Below are positions 52,906-64,000 of a stretch of 64,000 nt of DNA, piece by piece. A program made the position numbers and the translations under genes. The stretch comes from Octopus sinensis (taxonomy: Eukaryota): NCBI RefSeq assembly GCF_006345805.1, contig NC_043005.1, positions 13,020,001-13,084,000 of the forward strand, read 5' to 3'. The notes below the pieces were generated by a model that made no database searches, had not been told where the DNA came from, and worked only from the letters and a program-made list of their open reading frames with translations. Numbering within the stretch: position 1 is the stretch's first letter; each line of letters begins with the position of its first letter.

Positions 52906-53185
52906 GTCTGTCTGTCTGTCTGTCTAATTTATCTGTCTCTCTCTCTCTCTCTCTCTCTATCTATATATTTTATATTATATATATTATATATATATATATA
53001 TATTATACATAAAATATAATAATATAGATAGATAGATAGATAGTAGATAGATAGATAGAGGAGAGAGAGAGCGAGAGAAGAGAGAGAGAGAGAGACAGAT
53101 AAGATAGACAGACAGACAGGACATATAGATAGATAGATAGATTGATAGATAGATAGATAGATAGGTATGTAGTTCAAGCTGTATG
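52798..53185. repeat. Local inverted duplication centred on (TA)n
   Basis: CATACAGCTTGAA at 52798 and TTCAAGCTGTATG at 53173, with mirrored (CTAT)n/(CTGT)n/(CT)n order. Confidence 0.75.
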
Positions 53186-53199
53186 TATATACATATATC

Positions 53200-53233
<34 letters not shown>

Positions 53234-53950
53234 ATATAAATACACACACACACACGCACGCACACACACAAAATAGTCTCTCCGTTCTCCATTCTTCAAG
53301 ACATTTTCTACGTGTTACCCACTATTCTCGTATTTTGTTCGACTGTTCGTCCTTGTCCGCCGTCCTGAATCAAACTCTGTGTCGTTTTGCTTGTTTTGTT
53401 TTGTTTTGTTTGCTCTCATCCCTAATTCTCCGCCAGAAAACCTTTTTTTGCGGGCACCGCCAATTGGGAATCACTCATCTTATCGTTAAAGGTGCGATAC
53501 GGAATATTATCAATTGGTCGATAACTGACGAAGAATCACAAACCATATATGTAAGTATGTATGTATGTAATTATGTATGTATGTATGTATGTATGTATGT
53601 AGTAATATGTAGTATGTATGTTGTATGTATGTATGTATTATGTATGTATGTATGTATGTATGTGTGTATGTTTGTATGTATGTATGTATGTATGTATGTT
53701 TGTATGTATGTATGTATGTATGTGAATATCCATGTCTATAAGAGGCGGTTTCTCGAAACGTGTAGTAAAGTTTAGCACTCTTTCAACCGCATATCTACAT
53801 TAAGTATGGTATACAGTTTGTTTATTTAAACTAATACTGTTTCAGTTACTAGAAACGAATTTTAATTCAGTTTGCCGCCTAACTACATTTTCTCTCCGAA
53901 ATTTTTTTAGTATTTTCCAAGCAATAAAGTCACCGTCTTCCTCTAACAAT

Positions 53951-53990
53951 GCTACTGACGAAGCTCAATGAAGCAGAAATGCGTATGAGT
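53951..53990 (+). ncRNA. Degenerate minimal hammerhead
   Basis: CUGACGA (53955-53961)-A-GCU-CAAUGA-AGC-A-GAAA (53976-53979)-UGCGU-A; extra A before GAAA and weak stem I. Confidence 0.4.
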
Positions 53991-54168
53991 AATGCTATCG
54001 TCGCTGCTACGTGATTTTGGCCTGCTGCTTACTAACTTCCTTTTGGGGTTTTTTTTTCTAACACTCGACGTCAATTTGACATGCTTTCACGAAATGAATA
54101 ACGCAGTTTAACAGGCTTTCAGTGATATACGTGCTTATGCATTTATATATATATATATACAGATTGAA

Positions 54169-54238
<70 letters not shown>

Positions 54239-54297
54239 GTTTGTCTGTCTATCTGTCTGTCTGTCTGTCTGTCTGTATGTCTGTCTGTCTGTCTCTA

Positions 54298-54335
<38 letters not shown>

Positions 54336-54544
54336 ATATATATATACATATATATATATATGCACACAAATATATACGCGCACACACGCACGCACATGCA
54401 AACATTATATATATATATATATATCGAAAGAGAGAAAGAGAAAGAGGAAAAAATCGATAGATAGATAAATAGATAGAGAGGGGGAAGAGAGAGAAACAGA
54501 GAGAGAGAGAAAGAGGGAAAGGGAAAGAAAGTGAGAGATAAGGG

Positions 54545-54576
<32 letters not shown>

Positions 54577-54959
54577 AAGAGAGGGAGAAAGAGAGAGAGA
54601 GAGAAAGGGAGAAAGAGAAAGAGAGAGAGAAAATGAGAAAGAGAGAGAAAGAGAGAGAGGCGGGGCGGGAGTCTTTTGGATGGGTGTAATATGGAGGTAC
54701 GGAACCAACTACATAAATACACGTACAGCAGACAGAAAAACAGAGAGAAGGTTTGATACGTGAGGGCGGAAGAATACGGTCATTGTTAGATATAAAAGTG
54801 ATCGTGACATATATTTATAAATGTGCACTCACACACACGCGCATTCGCGCGCGCGCACAGACGTATATGTACACACACTCACTCTCAAAAATTCACGTAC
54901 GGACGTATATAGCTCGTAACTACCTCTGTCTCGACATAAACACACATACATGCATGTAT

Positions 54960-54988
54960 GTGTATGTACTTACATATATATATATATC

Positions 54989-55040
<52 letters not shown>

Positions 55041-55151
55041 CGTGTGTGTGTGTGTATAGATATATATGTATATATATATCAGTGTGTGTATAGATTATAT
55101 ATGTTATTATATGTGGTGTGTATATTATATATATATATATATATATCTGTG

Positions 55152-55183
<32 letters not shown>

Positions 55184-55259
55184 GTGTGTGTATAGATATA
55201 TATTATATATATCTGTGTGTGTATAGATATATATATGTATATATATCTGTGTGTATAAT

Positions 55260-55294
<35 letters not shown>

Positions 55295-55319
55295 GATATA
55301 TATATCTATATATATCTGA

Positions 55320-55351
<32 letters not shown>

Positions 55352-55608
55352 GTGTGTGTATAGATATATATATATATATATATCTATGTGTATATGATAT
55401 ATATATGTATATATATCTGTGTGTGTGTACTATATAATATATATATTATATCTGTGTGTTTGTATATATATATAATATATATATATCTGTGTGTGTATAG
55501 ATATATATATATATATATATCTGTGTGTGTATAATATATATATATATATGTGTGTGTGTGTGTATTATATATATATATATATCTGTGTGTGTGTAATATA
55601 TATATATA

Positions 55609-55645
<37 letters not shown>

Positions 55646-55700
55646 GTGTGTGTGTGTGTGTGTGTGTATGTCTATGTATACTATATATATATAAACCCAT
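54960..55700. repeat. Compound (TA)n-CTGTGTGTGTA minisatellite
   Basis: Recurrent ATATATCTGTGTGTGTATAGATAT units. Confidence 0.85.
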
Positions 55701-56020
55701 TAGGGGTGTAAATGTGAAAGAAAGACAAAAAAAACTGTGAAAGGAAATCAGAAAGAAAATGAAAAAATGATAGACAGAAAGGAAGAAAGAGAATAAAAAC
55801 GCAAAGAAAGAAGTGATATAAGGAAAGTGAAGGAGAGGGGGAAAGAGGAAGAGGCTGAGCGTACGGAGAAGGTTGAAGTAGGAGGACATTAAAAATATCT
55901 AGGCCAGCCATGTTGCTGTTTGTATAAGTTATAGCGATAATATATGTATATATTATATAGGTACAATGTATGTGTGTGTGGTGTGTGTGCGTGTGTGTTT
56001 GTTTCTGTGTGTGTGATTTA

Positions 56021-56970
56021 AGGCGAGCTGGCAGAAACGTTAGCACGCCGGGCGAAATGCGTAGCCGTATTTCTTCTGCCGTTACGTTCCGAGTTCAAAT
56101 TCCGCCGAGGTCGACTTTGCCTTTCATTCTTTCGCGGTCGATAAATTAAATACCTATTTCTTTACTACCCACAAGGGGCTAAACACAGAGGGGACAAACA
56201 AGGATAGACAAATGGATTAAGTCGATTATATCGACTCCAGTGCGTAACTGGTACTCAATTTATCGACCCCGAAAGGATGAAAGGCAAAGTCAACCTCTAA
56301 ATACCAGTTACGCACTGGGGTCGATATAATCGACTGAATCCGTTTGTCTGTCCCCTCTGTGTTTAGCCCCTTGTGGGTAGTAAAGAAATATGTATGTATA
56401 TATTATATAGGTACAATGTATGTGTGTGTGTGTTTGTTTCTGTGTTGTGATTTAAGGCGAGCTGGCAGAAACGTTAGCACGCCGGGCGAAATGCGTAGCC
56501 GTATTTCTTCTGCCGTTACGTTCCGAGTTCAAATTCCGCCAAGGTCGACTTTGCCTTTCATCCTTTCAGGGTCGATAAAATTAAGTACCAGTTTCGCACT
56601 GGGGTCGATGTAATCGACTGAATCCGTTTGTCTGTCCTTGTTTGTCCCTTCTGTGTTTAGCCCCTTGTGGGTAGTAAAGAAATAGATAATATATGTATAT
56701 ATTATATAGGTACAATGTACGTGTGTGTTTGTTTCTGTGTGTGTGATTTAAGGCGAGCTGGCAGAAACGTTAGCATGTCGGATAAGAATGATTAGCGGCA
56801 TTTCTTGCGGCTCTTTACATTCTGAGTTCGAATTCCGCCGAGGTAGACTTTACCTTTTATTATTTCGAGTTCGTAAAAAATTTGAAGTACCAGTGAAGCA
56901 CTGGGGATATATATTATCGATTAATCCCTTTCTCCGCAACATTGCCAGCCTTGTGCCAAAATTAAGAAAG
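56021..56970 (+). mobile_element. Three SINE A copies with duplicated upstream flank and a nested inverted copy
   Basis: Heads at 56021, 56455 and 56751; minus-strand insert 56155-56297 flanked by TAAATACC. Confidence 0.85.
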
Positions 56971-57381
56971 AATATTTGTACAGGGAGAGAGAAAATATGA
57001 GAGAGGATGTTGTTTATCAATAGGGCAGCCTTGTTCCCATCTGGGCCATGACTAAATACGATTCTGTCGGCATTTTTGTATCGCCAGGTCCAACACTGTT
57101 CAACGTTCCTTCCCTTTTAATACAGTAGGGTGTGATTATAGGTAAATTTTAGGCTGCTATTTCTAGTAGTTCGAGCAACTACATAAAGGTTTTTTCGTTT
57201 GCTCATCTGATCTAAACACTGTGTGTGTGTGTGTAATGTGTGTGTATTAAAGCGTTAATGAAGATATGTGCATATATATCAAGAAAGCAGTCTGTGTTTG
57301 TGTGCGTATGTTACATCGGGCATTTCGAGTATATATTATCGTGATGGAATTGATTAGAGACGCATTCTGTCTGTCTATCTA

Positions 57382-57424
<43 letters not shown>

Positions 57425-57449
57425 ATCTATCTATCGAATGTAAGGCATA

Positions 57450-57803
57450 TTCTTTTGTCTGTTTCAGTCATTTGACTGCGGCCATGCTGGAGCACCGCCT
57501 TTAGTCGAACAAGGCGACCCCAGGATTTTTATTCTTTGTTAGCCTAGTACTTATTCTATCGTCCTCTTTTGCCGAACCGCTAAGTTGCGGGGACGTAAAC
57601 ACAGCAGCATCGGTTGTCAAGCGATGGTGGTGGGGTGACAGACACACAAACTTACATACACACATATATATAGGACGGGCTTCTTTCAGTTTTCTTTGGT
57701 CAACCCAACGCTATAGTAGAAGACACTTGCCCAAGATGCCACGCAGTGGGACTGAACCCAGAACCATGTGGTTGGTAAGCAAGCTACTTACCACACAGCC
57801 ACT
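57450..57803 (-). mobile_element. SINE B with internal deletion
   Basis: Family B tail, centre and head (CCACACAGCCAC at 57791-57802). Confidence 0.8.
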
Positions 57804-57815
57804 ATGTATGTATCT

Positions 57816-57851
<36 letters not shown>

Positions 57852-57946
57852 ATTAATCAATATAGGGTTGTGAAAAAATTTGTAGAATTCTTTTTGCCAC
57901 CAGCGGCCTATGGGAAAAAATTAAATAGTCATAGACCATTTTAAGT

Positions 57947-58103
57947 TCAACATCAACAATCAGGAACGGCCATATAGCCATTCACCACTAGAAATACAGC
58001 AAAGCTTCAACCGCATAAAGATCAATTTACGGATTGATCTTTATTGCGGTTAGCTTGGCTGTTATTTCTATGGGTGAATGGCCATATGGCCGTTCCTTGA
58101 TGT

Positions 58104-58106
<3 letters not shown>
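57947..58106. repeat. Long hairpin, about 75-bp stem, 6-nt loop
   Basis: TCAACATCAA...TAAAGATCAAT-TTACGG-ATTGATCTTTA...TTGATGTTGA. Confidence 0.85.
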
Positions 58107-58149
<43 letters not shown>

Positions 58150-58448
58150 GAGGTGTTCATGTATGTAAGTATGCCGTGTAGTGTACAATATATTACATCG
58201 CTGAATGTACAAAAGTATTATTATGGTGATGTGTTTTATTTATTGGCACAGTGTGTATGTGAGCGTAGATACTAACACGACCGACATATTAAATAAAAGT
58301 TGTTTATTTTTTGCTATACAACAATCGTACGACAACTAAAACACTTAATACTAAACATACACACACACACACTCTCTCTCATATATATATGAACACGTGC
58401 TTTTTTCACTAAAATGCTTAGTTTTCGACACACATGCCAACCGGATCT

Positions 58449-58503
<55 letters not shown>

Positions 58504-58942
58504 TATTTCCATTTCCTGAGCGCCTATTAATAATATACTGTAATTGTTCCATAGTTGTTGTTTTTTTGTTTCCCGTTTGATTAAAAATTATATATATATA
58601 TAATATATATATACATACATGTATATGCAAATGAATAACTGAGCGTATGTATGTATGTATCTATCTATATATACAGGATGTTTTTCTATAATTGCACCGC
58701 AGTACTATAAATATACGCACACTCCCAATTACACACAAATATGCGCCACTCCATAGTCATAATATAAATATAAATAATATATATATATATATATGTATAT
58801 AGCACACATACACACACATACAAACATTTATATATACCAGATATATTTATATCCCCGCGTGTTTGACGCTTCCGTACAACTGCACTGCACTGTACCGTAT
58901 AACCGACACCACACACACATGTACATGTGTGTGTATATGTAA

Positions 58943-58974
<32 letters not shown>

Positions 58975-59129
58975 CCACACAGGCCAAAACATGTACGTCA
59001 CATATACTACATACAAACAAGCTGTGAGTATATGTGTGTGTGTGTGTGACCAGCAAAAAACCTAACAGAAACAAGGTCTGTAACTGTCTCTAGAGTTCAG
59101 ACCTCATTTTAAACTGAATGAACGAACAC

Positions 59130-59748
59130 GCACTGAGCTGCTGCTGGTGGTGCTGGTGCTGCTGCTGATGCTGCTGGTGCTGCTGCTATTGCTGCCGCCG
59201 CTGCTGCTGCTGTTGTTGCTGTTTCTCAACACCATCGTTGTTACCGCCAATTCTGACATCACTACACCGCTACCGTCGCCCCCCGTAGTCGCCGCCATCG
59301 CTATCACCACCACGACAACGATCGTCGCCGCCGCCACCACCACCACCACCACCAGTATTACTATCAACACTAATACACACTTTTGGTCTCCATCATTATC
59401 AACACCACCACCCACTACTAGACGACACCCATCACCCCCCCCCCCTCTCACACACACGACGACGACCACCACCACCACTACCAGACACAACTACCGCCGC
59501 CGCCATAACCACCACCACCACAACTATTACTACCACTATTGCCGACACCACCACCACCACCACTATTGCCGACACCACCATCACCACTATTACTACTGCC
59601 GACACCACCACCACTATCAACAACACCACCACCACCACCGTTACCACTATCACTACCACTATTGCCGACGCCACCACCACCACCACACGACTGACATTAA
59701 TACGGAAACAATTCCATTACCACATTACACAAGTACGGAAGCAAGCAA

Positions 59749-59782
<34 letters not shown>

Positions 59783-59790
59783 GTTATCTA
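59130..59790. repeat. (CTG)n/(CAC)n/(CAT)n trinucleotide-rich tract
   Basis: Direct reading; source of the 246-aa low-complexity ORF. Confidence 0.85.
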
Positions 59791-61840
59791 CAAACCTAAG
59801 AGGCAACGAAAATCGCTCGACCTGCTAAAATTAGAAGCCAAAACGTTCCTCAAATATCGCCCCGACTTTGTTATTATAAACAAATAAACAAACAAGCAGG
59901 AAAAAAGCCTCATTGTACATTTTGTACATAAAGTCTCTGACACATAACAAGCCAAAAATGTTCACGTCTGGATCGCCTGGGGTTGGTTAATCGGCAACAA
60001 ACCCATTACAACCACCGCCACGACCACCACCACTTCACACATACATCAGTACTACCACTATGACTATCAGAGCCTATGGTCAACCCTATCGTATTAACCC
60101 CACCACCGACTAGTATTACTACTGTTACTGTTTCCTTAAACAACCACCCCTATTTCTACTACAATACTTCTACTACTATTACTGAACCTAGTAGTAGTAA
60201 TAATAATAGCTGAATTAACATTATCGCCTTCGTCGCATCCACCACCACCATCCACCACCACCACCACCACCATCACAGTAAAAGCCGTCACACTACTACT
60301 ACTACTACTACTACTACTGGCTTAGTTAACCAGCATTACTACAACTTCCTCTATAATCTCTACTAACACCGTCACCCTCGCCGCTGTCACAGTTCGGTTC
60401 CGCCGCCACAAAAGCCACACCGTTTTTTTTTCTTAGAGCTTCTCCCTTGGTCTCCTTGGACCTGTTAGAAATAGCAGCCAAAATTTCTCGCCAAGCATAC
60501 ACTACCACCTTTTAAAGAAAAAAATAAAATAAAAGAAAACATCAACAACAACAAAAGAATGACATTTGTAGCATGTAATCGTAAAATATGCAGAAAAAAA
60601 ACTTGATGGTCATGGCTGGAATGCCGTTGATCATAAAAAGTCTAGCGCTCAGTGAAGCAACAACAGGGTGCTAACGAACGTCTGTCTTAGACAACATCAA
60701 TTACTAAAACCACTTTTCTACTGCTGCTACCTTACTAATACAACTATTACTACTTCTACTACCTCCACCACTGCTGCTGCTGCTACTACTACTACTACTA
60801 ATTATACTACTACTTCTACTGTGCTATTACCACCATCACCACCACCTTTTAGTGCTGTCTTCACTTTCCAACCACTTCCTTCATCACCATCAGCGCTTCT
60901 ATAGTTTGGTTGTATGTGTAGTGGCGGTGGTGGTGTTGCTGCTTGGTAAACACAGCAGCAGGGCTTTTTTTTTTTAGATGTTAAGACAAACTATGTCTTA
61001 TCTTGTACCATGGATAGGTTGCTGTGTGGATGGTCGATTCTGCTGTCTTTACCTGACGCCAGCCAGTTTGATGGAAGTTAGCTAACAATGGTGGGTAGCA
61101 GGTATTTTTCGACCTCACCAAATGGCAAGGCTGTCTTTCATTCTGATATGAATTTAAACGACGTGTGAGAAAAAAAAGGAAAAAAAAAAACCCTCCCCAA
61201 AAATAAGGGGAAAATAGGAAAAGAAACGTCCGGCGTTAAATTATTTACAAGGAATATTTAAACACACATACACGCACACACACACGCATAGATACACACA
61301 CGCTCGTCTACACAGGAGCAAAGGAAAGGAAAAAAATATGTATGCGTATTTAACGACAATGGTATCTATACTATAAATGATAGAAATAATAAGAGAAGGT
61401 CCTATTTATTATTAACGCGACATGAATGAAGTTTTATCTCATAACTCTGCGTTATGCGTAAAACGATTTATTATCAACTTTAATTCACTTAATCATCAGA
61501 ATAAAAATCAACACGTCACAGAGCGAAACCATCGTGGATTTTGTGAAAAAATGTTAGCTCGATAATAATATATATTACACTATTTCTTCTCACTAAATTA
61601 CATCAGGATTGTGATAAACCAAACAGAAAGGAAAAAAAAATCTTATAACACCTCTTACTCTCTCTCTTTCTCTCTCATTATTTCTCTTTCCCTCTCTCTC
61701 TCTCTCTCTCTATCTCTCACCTATTCTCTATATCGACTTGGAGGAGGATACGAAAAGGTACCACAAGGACTGCTACGGTTTGTTATATTTTATCCCGGTC
61801 AGTGTTTGGCTAGAAAGGGAAAATATTGAAGGTAGACAGG

Positions 61841-62702
61841 ATGTCACTAGCTCCGAGTGCTCAGCGGCAACACTGTTACCTGTGTGACTTGCCCCGATCT
61901 CAATGGGCTATGCTACATGATTTCTCTGAGCATGTTTGTCGTGGTTGTGTGAACTATGAAGGCCCTGACCGGATCGAGATGGTTATTGAATCGGCTCGTC
62001 AGATGAAGAGAGCTTATGGATTCCAGGATGTGAAACCTTACGTGAAGCAACCACCACCTCCTCCTGCAGGGGTTCCACCCAGGAGTTTACATGACGCACC
62101 CCCGACACATCACGCCAGTATGGATTCGCGAAACCACGGTGTTGCCCCACCACCCGGGGCTATGGATAGATACCCACTACATGACAACCGTGTTGTTGCT
62201 AATAATCGAATGATGGAATACAAACAGTCACAACAAAGAATCCCAAACCCTGTCCCTCCTGGTGTTGGAATTCATCATCGGAATGACCCGGAGAGCGTAG
62301 CAGAGATGCATCGTGGTAATTCAGCTGGGTTAGGGGTCCCCATGAATTCTCGCAACGGGCATATGCCCCCGTCTGGTGTCCCGCCTCATCATATGGGTTT
62401 ATCTCACCACACCAATATACAAAATTCGGTGCGAAGTTCAGGTCCAAGCACCGGGCCTAACCAACCGATTGGAATAATGAATGGTAAGCGTGCTGCTGAC
62501 CACGAAGATGATGACAATTCTAATCATTCCAGTAGCGATGACATAAAACGTGGGTCACCGGACTCAGACCCTAACAATCGGCCTGCTGCCGTCCGTGAAA
62601 CTATCTCGGTTTTGTCTACGTGCGTGCCATTCGAGGTTCGCTTCAAGAAAGATCACAAATTATGTGGACGGGTCTTCAGCTTTGATGCCAGTTACAAACC
62701 AG
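61841..62702 (+). CDS. IRF2BPL: Coding exon of an IRF2BP-family transcriptional co-repressor (IRF2BPL / Drosophila pits-like); N-terminal C4 zinc finger plus start of the conserved middle domain; gene continues beyond the window
   Basis: ATG at 61841 opens [58 protein letters not shown], matching the IRF2BP zinc finger (CYLCDLP..WAM..DFSE.VCRGCVN.EG.DRIE). It ends in [26 protein letters not shown], matching the IRF2BPL middle domain. The ORF then runs into (TA)n after a splice donor. Exact paralogue assignment is uncertain. Confidence 0.93.
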
Positions 62703-62708
62703 GTGAGA
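62701..62708 (+). other. 5' splice donor (phase 1) of the IRF2BP exon
   Basis: CCAG|GTGAGA at 62702/62703; 862 coding nt = 287 codons + 1; protein similarity stops exactly here. Confidence 0.85.
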
Positions 62709-63266
62709 ATCTTTTCAATTTTATATATATGTATGTATATATATATATATATATGTATTTATATTGATATTTATTTGCACAATCGGGTCTGTAATGCTAT
62801 AGTAAGGGCGTGGGTTTATTTGATTTTTTTGTTTTTAGAAGTCTCTTTCAGTAGTAATATCATATTGCCTTTATACTACATTGTCTAGTGACCTGGTTTT
62901 AATAGCTGTTTTCTAAATAGAGAATGAGGTCTCAGCAGTTGTGTGTGATTCATGTGGCCTCCTTGTTCAGAAAGGAAGTATTTTCTTACGTTACACAATT
63001 AACCATTCTCAAGGATTCGTACCAGCAAAGAGTGTACGTGCGCGCGTTGTGTATATCTACATATATATATATATACATATTCATATAAACATTCTCCTTG
63101 CTGCTCTGACATGGCAAAAACGTTAGAGATGTGTTAGGGAAATTAATATAAATTGTGTGCATATATATGACTGTAAAATATGTAATGCATTATATATATA
63201 TATACATATTTACATACATACACACAGATACATACTTTTAATTCTGTGTGTCTATACTTGTATGTG

Positions 63267-63305
<39 letters not shown>

Positions 63306-63681
63306 CATACATACATACATACACACAGATACATACTTTTAATTCTGTGTGTCTATACTTGTATGTGTTATATATATACTATATATATATATATATATAT
63401 ATAGATGTATATATATATGTATATGGTAATCTTATGTGTATATGAAATACAATACGAATGAGTATGTATAAAAATAACATTTACATGTGTGTGTGTTAAA
63501 ATAAAGCATGTATTTATGTCGTGTGTGTAGAGTTATTTGCGTGATGTGAAATATTTGTGTAATGTAAAGTATGTGTGTAATGCAAGGTAGGTAAGGCAAG
63601 TAATAGATTTATCTAATACAATGTGTGTGTGTGTGTGCAGTGAATCCGTGTAAACCTCCTCTCTCTCTTCTCGATCTCTAT

Positions 63682-63725
<44 letters not shown>

Positions 63726-64000
63726 ACACACACACACACACTATGTATCTTTTGTACACACATGCACAAATACGTATATTTTCGCATTAGTATTATGAAG
63801 TTCCTGTGCATATATTTACACACACACATATGTAGCATGTATGTAGTATGTGTATATATATATATATTATTTATGTATAAGAAAAAATTTTGACATCCCT
63901 TTAAGAGATATTCATATCCTCGATGTAATATATATACATGTATATATATATAACATTATATATAAGGGCTTAGTAAAATAAATTATAATATATTTACACA

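Noticed and set aside
59147-59887. 246-aa ORF with poly-Leu, Thr and His runs upstream of IRF2BP
   Set aside because: Trinucleotide-repeat translation, no domain, no supporting splice structure.
61826-61840. Longer ORF start given by the track (MKVDR)
   Set aside because: It uses a TTG start; the ATG at 61841 sits at the usual distance from the zinc finger.

Overview
Eukaryotic, repeat-saturated, almost entirely non-coding DNA. The SINE families, microsatellite load and gene sequence point to an Octopus genome (my recognition, not a database result). There is one 100-N gap at 46910-47009. The only supportable host gene is a coding exon of an IRF2BP-family gene (IRF2BPL/pits-like) at 61841-62702, ending in a clear splice donor. 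Almost all other listed ORFs are microsatellite artefacts. The rest is four tRNA-derived SINE families, many short R4/Dong-type LINE ends embedded in (CATA)n, five copies of a Merlin-like MITE, Tc1/mariner MITEs, Helitron-like elements, Penelope-like, CR1/L2-like and RTE-like relics, and several fold-back palindromes. The most interesting signal is a set of minimal type I hammerhead ribozyme folds in unrelated short repeats. One is an intact fold with a swapped G3-C8 core (14106-14156, minus) and one has a canonical core with a very long stem II (24583-24683, minus). Other strong observations are 184-bp SINE concatemers that share one junction across loci, a (CATA)n-associated LINE, and an NRF1/ETS promoter-like island near 3.6 kb. 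All structures were derived by eye; nothing was computed or searched.
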